37,227 nucleotides of DNA from a bacterium (GTDB taxonomy: Bacteria > RBG-13-61-14 > DATKZS01), in assembly GCA_046484135.1 (NCBI GenBank), contig JAWOBU010000199.1, forward strand, positions 1-37,227, given 5' to 3'. Within the stretch, counting starts at the first letter, position 1, and every line of letters begins with the position of its first letter. The position numbers and the translations under genes were made by a program. Under the pieces are notes generated by a model. The model had not been told where the DNA came from. It saw nothing but the letters and a program-made list of their open reading frames with translations, and searched no databases. This document shows positions 34,843 to 37,227 of this stretch, piece by piece.

Positions 34843-35504
34843 TCGGGCCTCCTCTCCGACGCCCGCCTCATAAGCTCCTCTGCGTCGTCCTGCATCTTCG
34901 TAAAGTCCGATCCGGAAAGGCCCGCGCCCAGCGCCACCTGCCGGGCGAACTCCGCGTCAATAAGGTCACAAGGCTCGTGGGCGTCCGTGTTCAGAAGAAG
35001 AACGGCCCCGTGCTCTTTGCCCAGCGCGGCCACTCTTCCGTTAGTCAGGCTGTGGCCTTTTCGCGCCGATATCTCCAGGGCCACTCCGTTTTTCGCCGCG
35101 AGCTTCACGTCGTCCGGCTCGATCAGGCCGGGATGGGCGAGAAGGTCAACTCCCGCCATAATGGCCGCGTGGTTGGTCCCCCGCGGCACCGGCTCCACCA
35201 GGGTCTCGCCGTGGACCGCGATCCACTGCGCGCCCAGCCGCCGGGCCTCCCGGGCGAGGCCGGCGATAGACTCCGGCGGAACATGAGTGAGCTCCAGGCC
35301 CGGCAGGACCGTAACGTCGTCCGCGAAAGCTTCGAGGTCCCGGCAGAAGCGGACCAGCGCCGGCACCACCAGCGAGAGGTTCGAGCTGTCCACGTGGTCG
35401 GTCAAGGCCAGGCCGCGGACCCCCTTATGCCGCGCCCGCTGGACCGTCTCCGCGGGGATAAGAGCGCCGTCACTCCAGGTGGTATGCATGTGCAGGTCTA
35501 TCAT
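34839..35504 (-). CDS. PHP-domain phosphoesterase (histidinol-phosphate phosphatase-like)
   Basis: HMHTTWSDG, TDH, ELTHVPP, HGET, AHPG, NTDAH. Confidence 0.88.
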   Translation of the reverse strand: MIDLHMHTTWSDGALIPAETVQRARHKGVRGLALTDHVDSSNLSLVVPALVRFCRDLEAFADDVTVLPGLELTHVPPESIAGLAREARRLGAQWIAVHGETLVEPVPRGTNHAAIMAGVDLLAHPGLIEPDDVKLAAKNGVALEISARKGHSLTNGRVAALGKEHGAVLLLNTDAHEPCDLIDAEFARQVALGAGLSGSDFTKMQDDAEELMRRASERRPE

Positions 35505-35545
35505 CTCTGCCTCGTTTCAAATTCGATAAGCCGGCGGGGCGCCCC

Positions 35546-36319
35546 TTAAAAGGTATGCTCCACCGACACCATCCAGGTTACGCGGTTAAGGGTGGGAACA
35601 CTTATGAAAACACCGGAGTAACGCCTCTCGTAAAAAGCGCTCAAGGTGGTGGAGTCCGTCAGGTGGAAGATGGGCTCGATGTGGTAGCCGTTACTGTCGG
35701 CGCCGTGATACTCGAAGTTGTCGAAGTTCCGGAAGCCGAAGCCGAGCTCGATCCGGTCTTCCCATAAGGAGGGACGCAACGAAAGCTCGTAGATCACCCT
35801 GCTCTCCGGAGCTGTGGACGTATAATGAGTGGGGTCCCGGTAATACTTGTCCTCGAACACCAGGGCGGCGTAACCTAAACCGACGGCGCCCCTGAACCAC
35901 CAGCGGTGATAGGAGAAGTAAAAGTTGGCGTGGTTTATGGCAGTCTCCCAATCGCCGTACTCGAGGTGGTTGAGCCGCAGGTGAAGGCGCGTCCGGTCCG
36001 TAATAATAATGTCGTCTCCTATCCAGTAGGACCGGAGCTGACCGTCCTCCATCCGGAACTCGACGCCGCCGCGAGGGTTCAAAAACCTCTCGCCGGAGTC
36101 CCAGCTTAGGGAAAGCCTCGAGTAGTCCTTCTCTTCCACCGCGCTCTGACGGCCCAGGTAATCCACCCGCAAAGAAAGGCCCGTGCCGGAAGGCTCGGAA
36201 ATCTCCGGCAACAGCGTGTCTCCGGCGGACGCAAGGGAAACACTGGAGTCGGCCCGTGCGGACAACGGGACCAGCATCAAAAGTACGAGGGAGACCAGAC
36301 AAAAAAGCAGCCGTCTCAT
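35546..36319 (-). CDS. Putative outer-membrane beta-barrel protein
   Basis: Signal peptide (ARA), alternating amphipathic strands rich in aromatic residues, C-terminal Phe (VSVEHTF). Confidence 0.6.
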   Translation of the reverse strand: MRRLLFCLVSLVLLMLVPLSARADSSVSLASAGDTLLPEISEPSGTGLSLRVDYLGRQSAVEEKDYSRLSLSWDSGERFLNPRGGVEFRMEDGQLRSYWIGDDIIITDRTRLHLRLNHLEYGDWETAINHANFYFSYHRWWFRGAVGLGYAALVFEDKYYRDPTHYTSTAPESRVIYELSLRPSLWEDRIELGFGFRNFDNFEYHGADSNGYHIEPIFHLTDSTTLSAFYERRYSGVFISVPTLNRVTWMVSVEHTF

Positions 36320-37227
36320 GTGTAATACCCCTCCAGGTCTTCGAAGTAGACCTTTTTCTTGCCGATACCCGTCCCCTCGATATCGAACCGGTAAAGGTGA
36401 GGGCGGTCTTCAATGATCATTTTGTACGGACAGCCCGCTCCGCCGATCAGGTGCTTGCAGCCCCGGATTTTGTAATGCGCGCCCGTGTGCTTGTGCCCGC
36501 ACAAAAAGTAGTTCACGTCGTACTCGTCAAAAAGATAGATGAGCTTCATCCTCTCCTCGGTATTGCCCATGGAAGCGGGCGTCTGGAAAGAACCGTCGTA
36601 GATCGGATAATGACTGAGTACGAAACGCAGAGGCTTCGGGCTGTGCTTTAATTTGCTCTCCAGCCAGTCCATCTGGTCCCGGCCCATGGTGCCCGCGGCA
36701 GTGTCTATAAAAATGAACTCGCACCTGGCATACCGGAACTTGAAAACCGACGGCCCGATATACTTCTTGTAGCGGGGCCAGCCGTCATTATACACGTCAT
36801 GGTTTCCGAGCGCCGTGATCATGGGCACGGGAGAATGATAATCCAGCAGGTCAACAAGCTTTATGTACTCGTCTTCCTTGCCGCGGTCCACGCAGTCCCC
36901 GGAGTGGAGGATAAAGGCGGCATCGCACTCGTCCGCGTACTTACCCAGAAGATCAATGTAATGGGGCTTGTCCCGGGTCACGTGGATATCAGAGGTCCAC
37001 AAAAAAGAGAACTGGTCCGAGGTCGCCTCCGGTATCACCGGCCTCCGGCAATGGCCGGAGATGGACTCGTAAAACCGGTCCGTAACCTTGTCCTCTTCCT
37101 CCAGAAGAAGGTAATCCATGAACTCGCCCGGATCGCAGCCGGCCATGGAACCGGCCAGAACACCAAGACCGAGAACTCCCCGGCCCGCCCGGGAAAGGAA
37201 CCTGCGCCGCGAACGAAACCCGTCATT
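36316..37227 (-). CDS. Calcineurin-like metallophosphoesterase, Tat-exported lipoprotein (5' end outside window)
   Basis: SDIH, GDCVD, GNHD, SHYP, GHKH motifs; frame is open to the window edge and reads ...FRSRRRFLSRAGRGVLGLGVLAGSMAGC (twin-arginine motif plus lipobox), so 37146 is not the true start. Confidence 0.85.
   Translation of the reverse strand, partial: NDGFRSRRRFLSRAGRGVLGLGVLAGSMAGCDPGEFMDYLLLEEEDKVTDRFYESISGHCRRPVIPEATSDQFSFLWTSDIHVTRDKPHYIDLLGKYADECDAAFILHSGDCVDRGKEDEYIKLVDLLDYHSPVPMITALGNHDVYNDGWPRYKKYIGPSVFKFRYARCEFIFIDTAAGTMGRDQMDWLESKLKHSPKPLRFVLSHYPIYDGSFQTPASMGNTEERMKLIYLFDEYDVNYFLCGHKHTGAHYKIRGCKHLIGGAGCPYKMIIEDRPHLYRFDIEGTGIGKKKVYFEDLEGYYT

Noticed and set aside
1..37227. 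CRISPR array, tRNA/rRNA, selenoprotein read-through, integrase or transposase
   Set aside because: No regularly spaced repeats, cloverleaf, Cys-aligned in-frame TGA or recombinase motifs found by eye; a tool scan could still find weak cases.

Overview
GC-rich bacterial chromosomal segment, most likely from a deltaproteobacterial lineage (Desulfobacterota/Myxococcota-like, inferred from SgmX- and RomX-like genes). It holds about 30 protein-coding genes and no rRNA, tRNA, CRISPR array or intact transposase that I could see. From left to right: (1) the tail of an SCP2-like gene, then a decayed arsenic/sulfur transport island (two DUF318-type permeases, a YeeE/YedE transporter, a chimeric arsC remnant); (2) a six-gene minus-strand cluster, probably lipid-related: alpha/beta hydrolase, B12-binding radical SAM, nitroreductase, ferredoxin, extended SDR, SCP2-type thiolase; (3) Hsp20, an ABC-type permease without its ATPase, a secreted protein, a stand-alone FrhB-family protein, patatin, SDR and a GT-C glycosyltransferase; (4) sgmX-like and romX-like polarity genes followed by rluD-pgeF; (5) a non-canonical sulfatase-family protein, a hydrolase, aroB and a GTDC1/QTMAN-like glycosyltransferase divergent from a 1361-aa propeller-GH39 lipoprotein; (6) gamma-CA, cdsA, PHP, a beta-barrel protein and a Tat-lipoprotein metallophosphoesterase. 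Non-coding signals include a 52-nt two-hairpin repeat with compensatory changes (2 copies), an 18-19 bp inverted-repeat family (3 copies), a candidate sRNA upstream of sgmX, and several apparently leaderless promoters, two of which mirror each other. All family calls come from motif recognition by eye, not database searches.
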